From assembly GCA_002269645.1 (NCBI GenBank), contig NIVC01000362.1:434001-498000 (forward strand): a stretch of 64,000 nt of DNA, given 5' to 3'. Shown here piece by piece: positions 33,198 to 47,191 of this stretch (position 1 is the stretch's first letter; every line of letters starts with the position of its first letter). Position numbers and translations under genes: made by a program. Source of the stretch: Macrostomum lignano (taxonomy: Eukaryota). The notes under the pieces were generated by a model. It ran no database searches, had not been told where the DNA came from, and saw only the letters and a list, made by a program, of their open reading frames with translations.

Positions 33198-33650
33198 TTA
33201 AAGATTTTCAATGCAAAAAATAAAGAAAAAGACAAAGCCCCTGGCCGATAAACTTTATCACACATTGCAACAAATATTAAGAGTCAAAATAATTTGTACC
33301 AGTAAATGTATATAGTGTCTTAGGAAATGATTAACTTTGCATAAGCAGAATTAATTTAGGTGTCGTTTTAGTCAGGAAACAAAAAAGCAGTCAAATTAAT
33401 AAGAAAATACTATATTTAATAATACGGTGATATTATTGAAAGGTGGATTACGAAACAGAGGGGGAAATGCGAGTTTTTAATATAACCACGACTAAATTAA
33501 CTTGTATGAATTACCTGATGACACGCTGGTATACAAATGATTTTACATTAAATATTAGTATACAATATTATACAAGTATGTATGTAGGCATTTTTATATC
33601 TAACGAATTTTCGAAAAACGTCATAGGTAACAGTGTTACTGTTGATCCAT

Positions 33651-36314
33651 TGTCTATGGCTTCTGAGGAGTGACTTTCTATTGTCTATGGCTTCTGAGGA
33701 GTGACTTTCTATTGTCTATGGCTTCTGAGGAGTGACTTTCTATTGTCTATGGCTTCTGAGGAGTGACTTTCTATTGTCTATGGATTCTAATTGGAGAGTG
33801 ACTTTCTATTATCTATGGTTTTTAATTGGAGAGTGACTTTCTATAGTCTATGGCTTTTAAGTGGAGTGACTTTCTATTGTCTATGGCTTCTGATTGGAGA
33901 GTGACTTTCTATTGTCTATGGCTTCTAATTGGAGAGTGACTTTCTATTGTCTATGGATTCTAATTGGAGAGTGACTTTCTATTGTCTATGGATTCTAATT
34001 GGAGAGTGACTTTCTATTATCTATGGTTTTTAATTGGAGAGTGACTTTCTATAGTCTATGGATTCTAATTGGAGAGTGACTTTCTATTGTCTATGGGTTA
34101 TAATTGGAGAGTGACTTTCTATTGTCTATGGGTTCTAATTGGAGAGTGACTTTCTATTATCTATGGTTTTTGATTGGAGATTGACTTTCTATAGTCTATG
34201 GCTTTTAAGTGGAGTGACTTTCTATTGTCTATGGCTTTTAAGTGGAGTGACTTTCTATTGTCTATGGCTTTTAAGTGGAGTGACTTTCTATTGTCTATGG
34301 CTTCTAATTGGAGAGTGACTTTCTATTATCTATGGTTTTTAATTGGAGAGTGACTTTCTATAGTCTATGGATTCTAATTGGAGAGTGACTTTCTATTGTC
34401 TATGGATTCTAATTGGAGAGTGACTTTCTATTATCTATGGTTTTTAATTGGAGAGTGACTTTCTATAGTCTATGGCTTTTAAGTGGAGTGACTTTCTATT
34501 GTCTATGGCTTTTAAGTGGAGTGACTTTCTATTGTCTATGGCTTCTAATTGGAGAGTGACTTTCTATTATCCATGGTTTTTAATTGGAGAGTGACTTTCT
34601 ATAGTCTATGGATTCTAATTGGAGAGTGACTTTCTATTGCCTATGGGTTCTAATTGGAGAGTGATTTTCTATTGTCTATGGGTTCTAATTGGAGAGTGAT
34701 TTTCTATTGTCTATGGGTTCTAATTGGAGAGTGACTTTCTATTGTCTATGGCTTCTAAGTGGAGAGTGACTTTCTATTGTCTATGACTTCTAATTGGAAA
34801 GTGACTTTCTATAGTCTATGGGTTCTAATTGGAGAGTGACTTTCTATTGTCTATGGCTTCTAATTGGAGAGTAACTTTCTATAGTCTATGGGTTCTAATT
34901 GGAGAGTGACTTTCTATAGTCTACGGCTTCTAATTGGAGAGTGACTTTCTATTGTCTATGGATTCTAATTGGAGAGTGACTTTCTATTGTCTATGGATTC
35001 TAATTGGAGAGTGACTTTCTATTGTCTATTGATTCTAATTGGAGAGTGACTTTCTGTTGTATATGGCTTCTAATTGGAGAGTGACTTTCTATTGTCTATG
35101 GATTCTAATTGGAGAGTGACTTTCTATTGTCTATGGATTCTAATTGGAGAGTGACTTTCTATTGTCTATGGATTCTAATTGGAGAGTGACTTTCTATTGT
35201 CTATGGATTCTAATTGGAGAGTGACTTTCTATAGTCTATGGGTTCTAATTGGAGAGTGACTTTCTATTGTCTATGGCTTCTAAGTGGAGAGTGACTTTCT
35301 ATTGTCTATGACTTCTAATTGGAGAGTGACTTTCTATTGTCTATGGATTCTAATTGGAGAGTGACTTTCTATTGTCTATGACTTCTAATTGGAGAGTGAC
35401 TTTCTATTGTCTATGGGTTCTAATTGGAGAGTGACTTTCTATTGTCTATGGGTTCTAATTGGAGAGTGACTTTCTAGTGTCTATGGCTTCTAAGTGGAGA
35501 GTGACTTTCTATTGTCTATGACTTCTAATTGGAGAGTGACTTTCTATTGTCTATGGGTTCTAATTGGAGAGTGACTTTCTATTTTCTATGGGTTCTAATT
35601 AGAGAGTGACTTTCTATTGTCTATGGCTTCTAATTGGAGAGTGACTTTCTATTGTCTATGGGTTCTAATTGGAGAGTGACTATCTATTGTCTATGGCTTC
35701 TAAGTGGAGAGTGACTTTCTATTGTCTATGACTTTTAATTGGAGAGTGACTTTCTATTGTCTATGGGTTCTAATTGGAGAGTGACTTTCTATTTTCTATG
35801 GGTTCTAATTAGAGAATGACTTTCTATTGTCTATGACTTCTAATTGGAGAGTGACTTTCTATTGTCTATGGGTTCTAATTGGAGAGTGACTTTCTATTGT
35901 CTATGGATTCTAATTGGAGAGTGACTTTCTATTGTCTATGGCTTCTAAGTAGAGAGCGACTTTCTATTGTCTATGGATTCTAATTGGAGAGTGACTTTCT
36001 ATTGTCTATGGATTCTAATTGGAGAGTGACTTTCTATTGTCTATGGATTCTAATTGGAGAGTGACTTTCTATTGTCTATGGATTCTAATTGGAGAGTGAC
36101 TTTCTATTGTCTATGGGTTCTAATTGGAGAGTGACTTTCTATTGTCTATGGCTTCTAAGTGGAGAGTGACTTTCTATTGTCTATGGCTTCTAAGTAGAGA
36201 GCGACTTTCTATTGTCTATGACTTCTAATTGGAGAGTGACTTTCTATAGTCTACGGCTTCAATTCTAATTGGATAGTGACTTTCTGTTGTCTATGGCTTC
36301 TAATTGGAGTGACT
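33651..36314. repeat. 2.7-kb satellite of 35-bp units (31- and 33-bp variants), directly downstream of the ZW10 stop codon
   Basis: Unit GAGAGTGACTTTCTATTGTCTATGGATTCTAATTG. Confidence 0.97.
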
Positions 36315-36403
36315 TAGGAGTGATCGAAATGGGGTGACAGGTTGCAATGAAGTTCAACCGTTGCTAATAACCATATCTAAGCATCGGCATGACTTTACAC
36401 ACC

Positions 36404-37052
36404 TCAGTTAATCTTAGCTAGCACAGCGGCCCTATCGTCAGTATTAGTAAACAGAGCTTTCACAATGCCCCTAACCTCAGCGTCGCTAAACGCATCGGCT
36501 AGCGGACTTTTACCGTCACACCACAGGTCGGGAAAAGCGGCTAGCGGAGCAGACAGCATTCGGCCCAATAGGCAGAATCTCGGCCAGCCGGGGGCGCAGC
36601 GCTCTAACGAAGCTGAACCAGCAGCGGCCTCGTTGAACACCTTCGCTAGGCGCTCCTGAACCCACTGAAAGATTCTAGCTAGATCGTCGGCATCGCGACA
36701 ATCGAAATCTTCTTGTGCAAGGGTGAACGATGTCAGCTGGGCTAGCAGACAATGGGCCAGTGCGCCTAAAGCTTTGCAACAGATTTTCGTAGGCAGTACA
36801 GACCAGACTCTTGCCAGGCATTCCAACTGGTACAGCGACTGGCGGCACAGTCGATTGTTGGCTTCGTAGCTGCCGCCAGCTGATTGCTGACCGACTGTCA
36901 GCTGACTGGCCGGCTCCAGGATGAGATCGCGCTGCCGGGCCAGCTGGGCCAAGAAAATTCTGGCGCCGTCTGTGCGCAGAGCGGCTGCCGCGTCTACTAA
37001 ACATTTTGGCGGCGGGTTCGAACCCCGGCCTGACACTAGCGGGCCGACGAAT
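36404..37052 (-). CDS. ZW10: ZW10 exon 7 (last coding exon)
   Basis: Acceptor CCCTCAG| in phase 2. C-terminus LWCDGKSPLADAFSDAEVRGIVKALFTNTDDRAAVLAKIN* is typical of ZW10. The seven exons total 2433 nt (810 aa). Confidence 0.93.
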
Positions 37053-37094
37053 CTGAGGGCAAAGCGATTTTGGGGCTGTTGTCTTTGTCTGGTT

Positions 37095-37760
37095 CTTTAG
37101 GATTCTTTGATAGGATTATGAGCGATTATTTGCAAAGGATTTTGAGCGCGATTCTTTTAGGAGACAATGAGCGATTCTTTTAAGGGATTATGAACGATTC
37201 TTTTAGCATTATGAGCGATTTTTGTAAGGGATTATGAGCGATTCTTTCAGAGGATTATGAACGATTCTTGTAGGGGATTATGAGCGATTCTTCTAGGAGA
37301 TTATGAGCGATTCTTGTAGGGGATTATGAGCGATTCTTCTAGGAGATTATGAGCGATTCTTTTAGAGGATTATGAGCAATTCTTTCACAGGATTATGAGC
37401 GATTCTCTCAGAGGATTATGAACAATTCTTGTAGGGGATTATGAGCGATTATATCCGGGGATTATGAGCGATTCTTTTAGGGGATTATGAGCGATTATTT
37501 CTGGGATTATGAGCATTTCTTTCAGGGGATTATGAGCGATTTTTGTAGGGGATTATGATTATGAACGATTCTTTCAGGGATTTTGAGCGATTTTATCCGG
37601 GGATTATGAGCCTTTTTGTAGAGGATTATAGTGTAGAGAAAATCTTGCAGAGGATTATGAGCAATTTTTTAGAGGATTATGAGTAATTTTATAGGATTAT
37701 GAGTAATTTTTAGAGGATTATGAGCAATTTTTTAGAGGATTATGAGCAATTATCTCTAGA
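37095..37760. repeat. Degenerate ~23-bp repeat (GGATTATGAGCGATTCTTTTAG-like) in ZW10 intron 6
   Basis: Read directly. Confidence 0.9.
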
Positions 37761-37806
37761 AGATTCCTGTTAAAGACGTAAAGCTAATATAAGATAAGCA
37801 ACTAAC

Positions 37807-38145
37807 CTATGCTCAATATCCACAGCGCAGTGAGCCAAATAGTGACAATTATTATAATACAGAGCGGCCAGTTGCGGCACAGACGCCAGCTGCTCAGCGT
37901 GAATCAGACTGGCCGTGTCCCGATAGAGCAGCAGAAGCTTCCGGCAGCACTGGCCAATGCGGCAACGAAGCTCGGCGCTGAACTTGCCGTCAACTCCGCC
38001 TCCTCCTGCTGCTGCTACTCCGTCGCTTGAGTCGCCACCTCCGTCTCCGGCGGTTGAGGACGCTTCCCGGCAAATCTGGCCAATATATTCCACTAAGTCA
38101 ATGGCCGACTGGCTGACCCGACAGGTTGGGAATGCAAATGCACGC
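37807..38145 (-). CDS. ZW10: ZW10 exon 6
   Basis: Acceptor CGCAG|, donor AG|GTTAGT. Encodes FAFPTCRVS and ALYYNNCHYLAH. Confidence 0.9.
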
Positions 38146-38324
38146 CTGCGTTTTTTAGGTCAGTGAAGAGATTATGGAAATTTCTATTTACAATAAAAAT
38201 TACACAGTCTACATTTGCTACTGATTTAGTAGTGCAAATAGTGTCTAGTTGTAGTGCCTAATTGTTATCCTGGCTGCAGAGTGAGATGTTTCTTTGATAA
38301 AACAATAATTCATTAAACATACTA

Positions 38325-38980
38325 ATTAAGCAATCACAGAATCTACGACTCACTCAGCACACTCGCTGACCAATCACAGAATCGACGACTCACTCAGCAC
38401 ACTCGCTGACCAATCAGAGAATCAATGACTCACCCAGCACACTCGCTGACCAATCAGAGAATCAATGACTCACCCAGCACACTCGCTGACCAATCAGAGA
38501 ATCAATGACTCACCCAGCACACTCGCTAACCAATCAGAGAATCAATGACTCACTCAGCACACTCGCTAACCAATCAGAGAATCAATGACTCACCCAGCAC
38601 ACTCGCTGACCAATCAGAGAATCAATGACTCACCCAGCACACTCGCTGACCAATCAGAGAATCAATGACTCACCCAGCACACTCGCTGACCAATCACAGA
38701 ATCGACGACTCACTCAGCACACTCGCTGACCAATCAGAGAACCAATGACTCACTCAGCACACTCGCTGACCAATCAGAGAACCAATGACTCACTCAGCAC
38801 ACTCGCTGACCAATCAGAGAATCGATGACTCACTCTGCACACTCGCTGACCAATCCGAGAATCAATGACTCACCCAGCACACTCGCTGACCAATCAGAGA
38901 ATCGATGACTCACTCTGCACACTCGCTGACCAATCCGAGAATCAATGACTCACCCAGCACACTCGCTGACCAATCAGAGA
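38325..38980. repeat. 40-bp minisatellite in ZW10 intron 5, carrying CCAATCAG and TGACTCA
   Basis: Unit ACTCGCTGACCAATCAGAGAATCAATGACTCACCCAGCAC. Confidence 0.95.
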
Positions 38981-39027
38981 ATTCTGTACCCCTTCGAACA
39001 ACCAGAACAAACCATAGCTAGTCTTAC

Positions 39028-39335
39028 CTATCAATGTACTTTTCAATCAATTCAACCGCCTCTTTTCCACCGCCGATGCAGTCGCCAAAATCGATCGCAT
39101 CCATTCCTGTCTCCGATTGGGCGGCAGCTTCATCAACTAAAGCGCTGTCGGCTAGAGAGCGAGCGGCAATTTCGCGGCCAGCTTCCAAAATAGCGGCAAT
39201 GCGTTTCTCGGCGAATACTATGCCAATTTCGCGTACGAATTCGCCTAAACGACTGACGTTGGGCGACACTAAACGGCATTCAACAACAAGCTGGTGCTCG
39301 AGGCGCTCCACTGCCGCGGCCGTTTCTCCGTAGGC
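39028..39335 (-). CDS. ZW10: ZW10 exon 5
   Basis: Acceptor CTCCCAAG|GCC, donor AG|GTAAGA in phase 2, in frame with its neighbours. Confidence 0.85.
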
Positions 39336-39414
39336 CTTGGGAGATTGGAGAAAGAGAAAAACTAAATATCGGTTTTATGGGATCAATAAAGTTGGGATTA
39401 AGTGAGAATGAAGT

Positions 39415-40085
39415 TGGGATGGGATCAGTGAAGTTGGATGGGGATCACTAAAGGTAGGATGGGGATCCCTAAAGGTGGGATGGGGATCCCTGAAGGTGGG
39501 GGCCCCGAATGTGGGATGGGGATCCTTGAAGGTGGGATGGGGATCCTTGAAGGTGGGATGGGGATCCCTGAAGGTGGGGGCCCCCGAATGTGGGATGGGG
39601 ATCCTTGAAGGTGGGATGGGGATCCTTGAAGGTGGGATGGGGATCCCTGAAGGTGGGATGGGGATCCCTGAAGGTGGGATGGGGATCCTTGAAGGTGGGA
39701 TGGGGATCCCTAAAGGTGGGATGGGGATCACTGAAGGTGGGATGGGGATCCCTGAAGGTGGGATGGGGATCCCTGAAGGTGGGATGGGGATCACTGAAGG
39801 TGGGATGGGGATCCCTGAAGGTGGGATGGGGATCCCTGAAGGTGGGATGGGGATCCCTGAAGGTGGGATGGGGATCCCTGAAGGTGGGATGGGGATCCTT
39901 GAAGGTGGGATGGGGATCCCTGAAGGTGGGATGGGGATCCCTGAAGGTGGGATGGGGATGGATCCGTGAAGGTGAGATGGGATCGAAAAATTTGAGTTGG
40001 GGATCCCTGAAGGTGGGGTGGGATCATGGAATTTGAGATGGGGATCGCTGAAGGTGGGATGGGATCATGGAATTTAGGAATTTGG
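39415..40085. repeat. 21-bp minisatellite in ZW10 intron 4
   Basis: Unit GGGATCCCTGAAGGTGGGATG. Confidence 0.95.
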
Positions 40086-40196
40086 ATCCCTAAAGTTTGG
40101 ATGGGGAGTGGGGAGATCGATTTATAAAGTGAAGTTTATTGTCCAGAGTACAAAGAATTTCAAAAGTAATATTTCATATCATAAAAAGACATTTAC

Positions 40197-40676
40197 CTGC
40201 AGTCCAGCCCAGTCTGTAGGCACAGTCTTAGCTAAACAGTCTGTAATCAGACGCTCAGCCAGTTGATTCTCCATCAAAGGTCTCAGTCGATCAGCCAATG
40301 TAGTCATTGCTGCTGGCTGTTTGTCAGACTCGCTCTGCTGCTGCTCTTCAGAAGTGTCGGACAGCGGCAGGCTCAGCAGGAACTCGCGCAGCGTGTCCAG
40401 AGTTGGCGACAGACAGGCGCACAGAGCCAACGGTAGCGGCGGCCTACGAGAGCACCGACGCTGACTGTCGCTATCATCGACATCGTTTTCGACGTCAGCC
40501 TCGCCGTCGGCGGCCTGCTGCTCTTGGCCAGCATCCAGCAGCACCAACTCTAATTGATTTTCAACTGCATTGCATTCCAATACGAGAGATCCGTCAGATA
40601 TTACTGGCAGTAGGAAGCGGGACAGCAGGGTGTCGGCTAATTGGGCGTCCACTTTGGAGTGGAACAGCTTGAGAGC
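40197..40676 (-). CDS. ZW10: ZW10 exon 4
   Basis: Acceptor CTCTTCAG|GCT, donor CAG|GTAAAT; 160 codons. Confidence 0.85.
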
Positions 40677-40759
40677 CTGAAGAGTGAGGCAAAGTTTGAT
40701 CATGATAATGAGATGCACAATGCTAAGATTAATGGAAACATTTCAACCCACCCGTACAA

Positions 40760-40950
40760 AACAGACAGGAAGGCAGACAGAAAAGCAGACAGACAAATAG
40801 ACAGACACACAAACAGACAGACAGACAAGCAGCGGGTCAGATAGACCGGCAGACAAACAAACAGACAGACAGAAAGACAGACAGACAGACAGACAGACAG
40901 GCAGACAGACGGGCAGACAAACAAATCGACAGATCCACAGACAGACAGAC
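40760..40950. repeat. (GACA)n microsatellite in ZW10 intron 3
   Basis: Read directly. Confidence 0.9.
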
Positions 40951-41109
40951 ACACTAATACAAATAGGTAAGGCAAATACTGTTCTGTAGATAGACAGATA
41001 CTGACACTAAGATAGATAGACACACAGGCAAACCAATCAAGCAGTTAACCCAGACACAGGCACAGATGGAGAATAGAAGTAAAAAAACGCTACGTAAGGC
41101 TTGACAAAC

Positions 41110-41283
41110 CTGAAACGCCCGCACAAGTTTTGGCGCATTGGCGAGATTTCGGACAGTCAAACTGCAGATCAGCGGTCGCTCCAGCGGCTCTTTGAACACA
41201 AAATTATTGGACCACATCGTCAAGAAGGCGTCGTGCAGATTGTGCTTGCACGTTATAAATAGATTGCGTAGCAGGGTGAGGAC
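41110..41283 (-). CDS. ZW10: ZW10 exon 3
   Basis: Acceptor TTTTCAG|GTC, donor CAG|GTTTGT; 58 codons. Confidence 0.82.
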
Positions 41284-41344
41284 CTGAAAAGATTCGGTTG
41301 ATGCGTGCTTTTGATTTAGACTCAAGCCCTCACATCTACTCAAT

Positions 41345-43490
41345 ACCGACTCAGATCTATTTTATCTCGATTCAGATCTATCCTATCCACATATATATTC
41401 AGATCTATCCCATGTATATTCAGATCTATCCCATCTAGATTCAGTTCTATCCTACCTAGATGCAGATCTATCCCATTTAGATGCGGATCTATCCCATTTA
41501 GATGCAGATCTATCCTATCTAGATTCAGATCTATCCTGTCTATATTCACATCTATCCCCTCTAGATTCACATCTATCCCCTCTAGATTCACATCTATCCT
41601 ACTCGTATCTAGATTTACACATCCATCCCAGCTAGATTTACACATCTATCTCATCTAGATTTACACATCTATCCCATCTAGATTTAGATCCATCCCATCT
41701 AGATTCACACCTATCCCATCTAGATTCACACATCTATCTCATCTAGATTTACACATCTATCCCATCTAGATTTAGATCCATCCCATCTAGATTCACATCT
41801 ATTCCATCTAGATTCACATATATTCCATCTAGATACACATCTATTCCATCTAGCTCGTAGATTCACATCTTTTCCATCTAGATACACATCTATTCCATCT
41901 GGATTCACATCTATTCCATCTAGATTCACTTCTATTCCATCTGGATTCACATCTATTCCATCTAGATTCACATCTATTCCATCTAGATTCACTTCTATTC
42001 CATCTAGATACACATCTATTCCATCTAGCTCGTAGATTCACATCTATTCCATCTAGATACACATCTATTCCATCTGGATTCACATCTATTCCATCTAGAT
42101 TCACTTCTATTCAATCTAGATTCACATCTATTCCATCTAGATATACATCTATTCCATCTAGATTCACATCTATTCCATTTAGATTCACATCTATTCCATC
42201 TAGCTCGTAGATTCACATCTATTCCATCTAGATACACATCTATTCCATCTAGATTCACATCTATTCCATCTAGATTCACATCTATTCCATCTAGATTCAC
42301 ATCTATTCCATTTAGATTCACATCTATTCCATCTAGATTCACTTCTATTCAATCTAGATTCACATCTATTCCATCTAGATACACATCTATTCCATCTAGA
42401 TTCACATCTATTCCATCTGGATTCACATCTATTCCATCTAGATTCACATCTATTCCATCTAGATTCACATCTATTCCATCTGGATTCACATCTATTCCAT
42501 CTAAATTCACATATATCCCATGTAGATTCAGATCTATCCCATCTAGATTCACATCCATTCCATCTAGATTCACATCTATTCCATTTAGATTCACATCTAT
42601 TCCATCTAGCTCGTAGATTCACATCTATTCCATCTATATACACATCTATTCCATCTAGATTCACATCTATTCCATCTAGATTCACATCTATTCCATTTAG
42701 ATTCACATCTATTTCATCTAGCTCGTAGATTCACATCTATTCCATCCAGATACACATCTATTCCATCTGGATTCACATCTATTCCATCTAGATTCACATC
42801 TATTCCATTTAGATTCACATCTACTCCATCTAGCTCGTAGATTCACGTCTATTCCATCTAGATACACATCTATTCCATCTAGATTCACATCTATTCCATC
42901 TAGCTCGTAGATTCACATCTATTCCATCTAGCTCGTAGATTCACATCTATTCCATCTAGATACACATCTATTCCATCTAGATTCACATATATTCCATCTG
43001 GATTCACATCTATTCCATCTAAATTCACATATATCCCATGTAGATTCAGATCTATCCCATCTAGATTCACATCCATTCCATCTAGATTCACATCCATTCC
43101 ATCTAGATTCACATCTATTCCATCTAGATTCACATCTATTCCATCTAGATTCACATCTATTCCATCTAGATTCACTTCTATTCCATCTAGATACACATCT
43201 ATTCCATCTAGATTCACATCTATTCCATCTAGATTCACATCTATTCCATCTAGATTCACATCTATTCCATCTAGCTCGTAGATTCACATCTATTCCATCT
43301 AGCTCGTAGATTCACATCTATTCCATCTAGATACACATCTATTCCGTCTAGATTCACATATATTCCATCTGGATTCACATCTATTCCATCTAAATTCACA
43401 TATTTCCCATGTAGATTCAGATCTATCCCATCTAGATGCGCATATATTCTATCTAGAATCAGACTTAAACAATTTAGATCAGATCTGTTA
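41345..43490. repeat. 21-bp minisatellite (with 26-bp variants) filling ZW10 intron 2
   Basis: Unit CTAGATTCACATCTATTCCAT. Confidence 0.96.
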
Positions 43491-43553
43491 CATCTACATT
43501 CAAATATAACGAATCGAGATTCAGACCTATCCAATTAACAATTCTGAACCCAC

Positions 43554-43778
43554 CTGAATATCCTCTTTAACAAGTTGTAAATCGCGACGAAACAGCGCGT
43601 CGAGAGCGACAACTTCGTCGATGCAGTCCAGATATCGGCCCTCTTTAGTGCTCTGCTGCAGGCTGGCCATGCGGCACTGAATGTCGCTAATGACTGACAT
43701 GGCCTGGTGGACCAGCTCGGCACTGCGCAGCTGCTCCAGCACCTTTGTGGAAGGTGGGACAAACATTTCGGTTATTAA
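43554..43778 (-). CDS. ZW10: ZW10 exon 2
   Basis: Acceptor CTTCAG|TTA, donor CAG|GTGGGT; 75 codons. Confidence 0.85.
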
Positions 43779-43859
43779 CTGAAGACGGGAACTCTGTGAT
43801 AATACTGAGAATGAGGATCTGTGATAGTTTCGGTTTAGAAGGGAGGATTTGATTTTACA

Positions 43860-44670
43860 GTTGGCCCAGCCACTGAGAATCTGGGAGGCTGGCCTAGCAA
43901 CTGACACTCTGGGAGGCTGGCCGAGCAACTGAGGATCCAGGAGGCTGGCCCAGAAACTGACACTCTGTGAGGCTGGCCCAGAAACTGAGGATCTGATAGG
44001 CTGGCCCAGCAACTGAGGATCTGCGAGGCTGGCCAAACCACTGAAAATCTGGGAGGCTGGCCCAGCAACTGATACTCGGGGAGGCTGGCCCAGCAACTGA
44101 CACTCGGGGAGGCTGGCCCAGAAACTGACACTCGGGGAGGCTGGCCCAGCAACTGAGGATCTGCGAGGCTGTCCAAACCACTGAGGATCTGGGAGGCTGG
44201 CCCAGCAACTGGGGATCTGGGAGGCTGACCCAGAAACAGATGATCTGGGAGGCTGACCCAGAAACAGATGATCGGGGAGGCTGGCCAAGCAACTGACACT
44301 CGGGGAGGCTGGCCAAGCAACTGACACTCGGGGAGGCTGGCCCAGCAACTGGGGATCTGGGAGGCTGACCCAGAAACAGATGATCTGGGAGTCTGACCCA
44401 GAAACAGATGATCTGGGAGGCTGGCTTAGCAACTGGGGATCAGGGAGGCTGGCCCAGCAACTGGGGATCTGGGAGGCTGGCCCAGCAACTGACACTCGGG
44501 GAGGCTGGCCAAGCAACTGACACTCGGGGAGGCTGGCCAAGCAACTGACACTCGGGGAGGCTGGCCCAGCAACTGGGGATCTGGGAGGCTGACCCAGAAA
44601 CAGATGATCTGGGAGGCTGACCCAGAAACAGATGATCTGGGAGGGCGGCGGTGACCCAGCTTCTGCGGAT
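43860..44670. repeat. Degenerate ~28-bp minisatellite in ZW10 intron 1
   Basis: Variants of GGGAGGCTGGCCCAGCAACTGACACTCG. Confidence 0.92.
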
Positions 44671-44884
44671 CTGGGAGCAAAAAAATTTAAATCTAGCAAT
44701 CCAATATTTTTTATCACAGGTGTCTCACAAACTGAGAATCTTCCATGGTTATGGGAAGACACTATAAGAATCCCAAGCGTGTTTCAGGCCCTGGCTAAAG
44801 TTACTGATTTATCCAATACAGACCAAATAGAGAATCAGTGCCAATGATGTAGCTAGCAGCTCATAAGTCAGCTATCTTAGTCAC

Positions 44885-45142
44885 CTTAGGATATTCCGCC
44901 AATCTCGCGTCCACCTCGGGCAGCACCTCGGACCTGGCCCGCTCGATAGCCTGGCCTAATCGGGTCTCAAGCTCGGCCACAGCCTGGGCCAGACTGGCCG
45001 ACTCGCTGCGCGTGGCTTTAAAACAGTCAACAAGGCCAGCATCGTTTTCCAGCATGTGCAACATGTCGGCCTTCAAATCGCCAATAGTCACCATCAACGA
45101 TTTCATGTTGGCAATAATGGCCTCGTCTGATTGTTCGGACAT
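44885..45142 (-). CDS. ZW10: ZW10 exon 1 (start codon)
   Basis: ATG at 45142, donor AAG|GTGACT; 86 codons, predicted helical N-terminus. Confidence 0.8.
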
Positions 45143-47191
45143 TGTGCCAATTTGACAGCGGTCAAATAGGAAGTTCTTGACAGAAGTTTAAAGGAAAATT
45201 TGATTTCCAAGGGTTTTTAAGCATACAAATATCAGAGCGATTTTGACCTCCAGGGTCCAAATTCAGGATGCCGAATTGATTGATAACTAGGATGCCAACT
45301 GACATCATTTAGAACAGGGTTTGGCAAAAATTTTACCTCAAGGGAGGAGAGGAGAAAGAGCTGAGAAGAGTCACAAACCTTGAGCAGGCCAGATTGCTTT
45401 TGTGAAGTTTAAAAGGACCCTGAGGGCCAGATAGAAAAGTTTTGCAGGCCACATGTGACCTGTAGGCTAAAGTTTGCCAACCCTTGGAGCAGGAGTTTAA
45501 AATCAAACAAAAAAACAAAACCTCTACGCTACTCTTTACACCCATGAGCCTCTGACCACATAGGTTGCAAAAGTATACAGATCCCATCTTCAAATGTTTC
45601 TTTCATATTATATTATTTATTGAAGTCTTGCAATCCTAAAAAATCTATTAATCATAAAATGATTGTTACCTTGTTATCTAATAATAGCAATGAAGACATA
45701 AGACAAAAATTCAATGGTGTCTAATTAAGGTACAAGTAGACTAACTAATTAGGGTTGTTTTTTAATGAAATATATATACTACAACTTTAAAAGAATAGCT
45801 TCATAGACAAAGAAGTTGAAGTTTGATATTTGATTGGCATATTTTAAAGCATTCTTTGGGTCTAAAGTTACAAATTACAATATTTATATTATCTAATATA
45901 GCTTTGGATAGCAGATAGCTTAAACTAATGCTCTCTAGTTCTAATGTTAAAGTTCCTTTTAATTTTCTTTATACAGGAGATATTATACTAGACCTTAGTT
46001 ACTAAAGTAGTTAATTGGTAAAGGACATTAGACCCTAATATATAAAAGGATAAATTATTACAACTATTTAAAGAAGCATACTAAGTTAATATTTTTACAG
46101 GGGAAAGCCTTTTGTCTATTAGTATAGGGACTTCAATGAAGGCTTTATAACTTTCCAATTTTAACAATTTTAACTTTACTCAACTAAGAATTGAAAGACA
46201 AGTGAAGCTATTGCTTTGATAGAGTTGTAGTAAAAAAATGAGTGTTGCCAGTTTTAAAAGGAGGGAACTCTTAATTTAAGTCCCTGGAATTTAGGATTCA
46301 AGCATCAACATAGATTGTTAATGCCAATCACCCCTGTAGATCTTGTAAAATTGGTTCCAATTTTGTAGTTTAGTTACTTAAACAATAAACAATTTGAACC
46401 AAACAAGTCATAGAAAGTTTACTAGTTATAGATAGGCTCATATATATGGATATATATAGAGCCTAGGCTATTATTAAATAGGCTATGAAAAAAATTGAGA
46501 TATGGCTTGATGTCTACGGATATAGATATAGGAAAAAATTAGTTACAGTAGAACTATTAAAACAAAAAAAGAACTTTGACATTGGTTATAATGAATAATG
46601 ATGATAATAATTCTTCCAAGGTTCTTTTGTAAGGCCAACATTTTAGGCCTAGACAGATTTTTTTAAAATAATATTAAAAGTTTGGCTATTTTAGTTTTAT
46701 TAGATCTATTTCTTAAATATATTAGGGTGAGCCACAAGTTTCTAGAATTTGAACAAGTGAAAACTATAACAAATAGTCTCAAGAATAAACAGTTTATAGT
46801 GATATAATATAGTTACCATTTAAGGCCTTGACCCTCTCCTAACTTCCTTGCAATGCCTTGATCCTCTCTTTCTAGAAGCTTGCTTGCAGGCCTTGAATCT
46901 ATCTATTTCTGCATTGCCCAGGGTTTTTTTTTGTGCGCAGAGTGTGCGTATGCACCCTAAATTTTAAAATCGCACCCTGAAATTAAAAAAGTAGGTGCGG
47001 TTTAGGTGCGGTCTAATAACCATTTTTCTTTAAAGGCTTAACCATGCTTAAGCTATTTTTTATGCACTGCCTTAAAATATGAAACAAAATAACTCTTTAA
47101 ATCCTATTAAGTCATATAGGCGATATAGCCTATAGCTATAGCCTTATGTAAGATATTAAAATATACATTCCCAGTTGTCTGAAATGTGAGC

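Noticed and set aside
33651-36314. CRISPR-like regular repeat array
   Set aside because: Units are head-to-tail with no unique spacers, no cas genes are present, and the context is eukaryotic.
39375-44762. Collagen-like or repetitive ORFs, including the 411-aa minus ORF
   Set aside because: They lie in ZW10 intronic minisatellites. Only 43554-43778 of the 411-aa ORF is a real exon.
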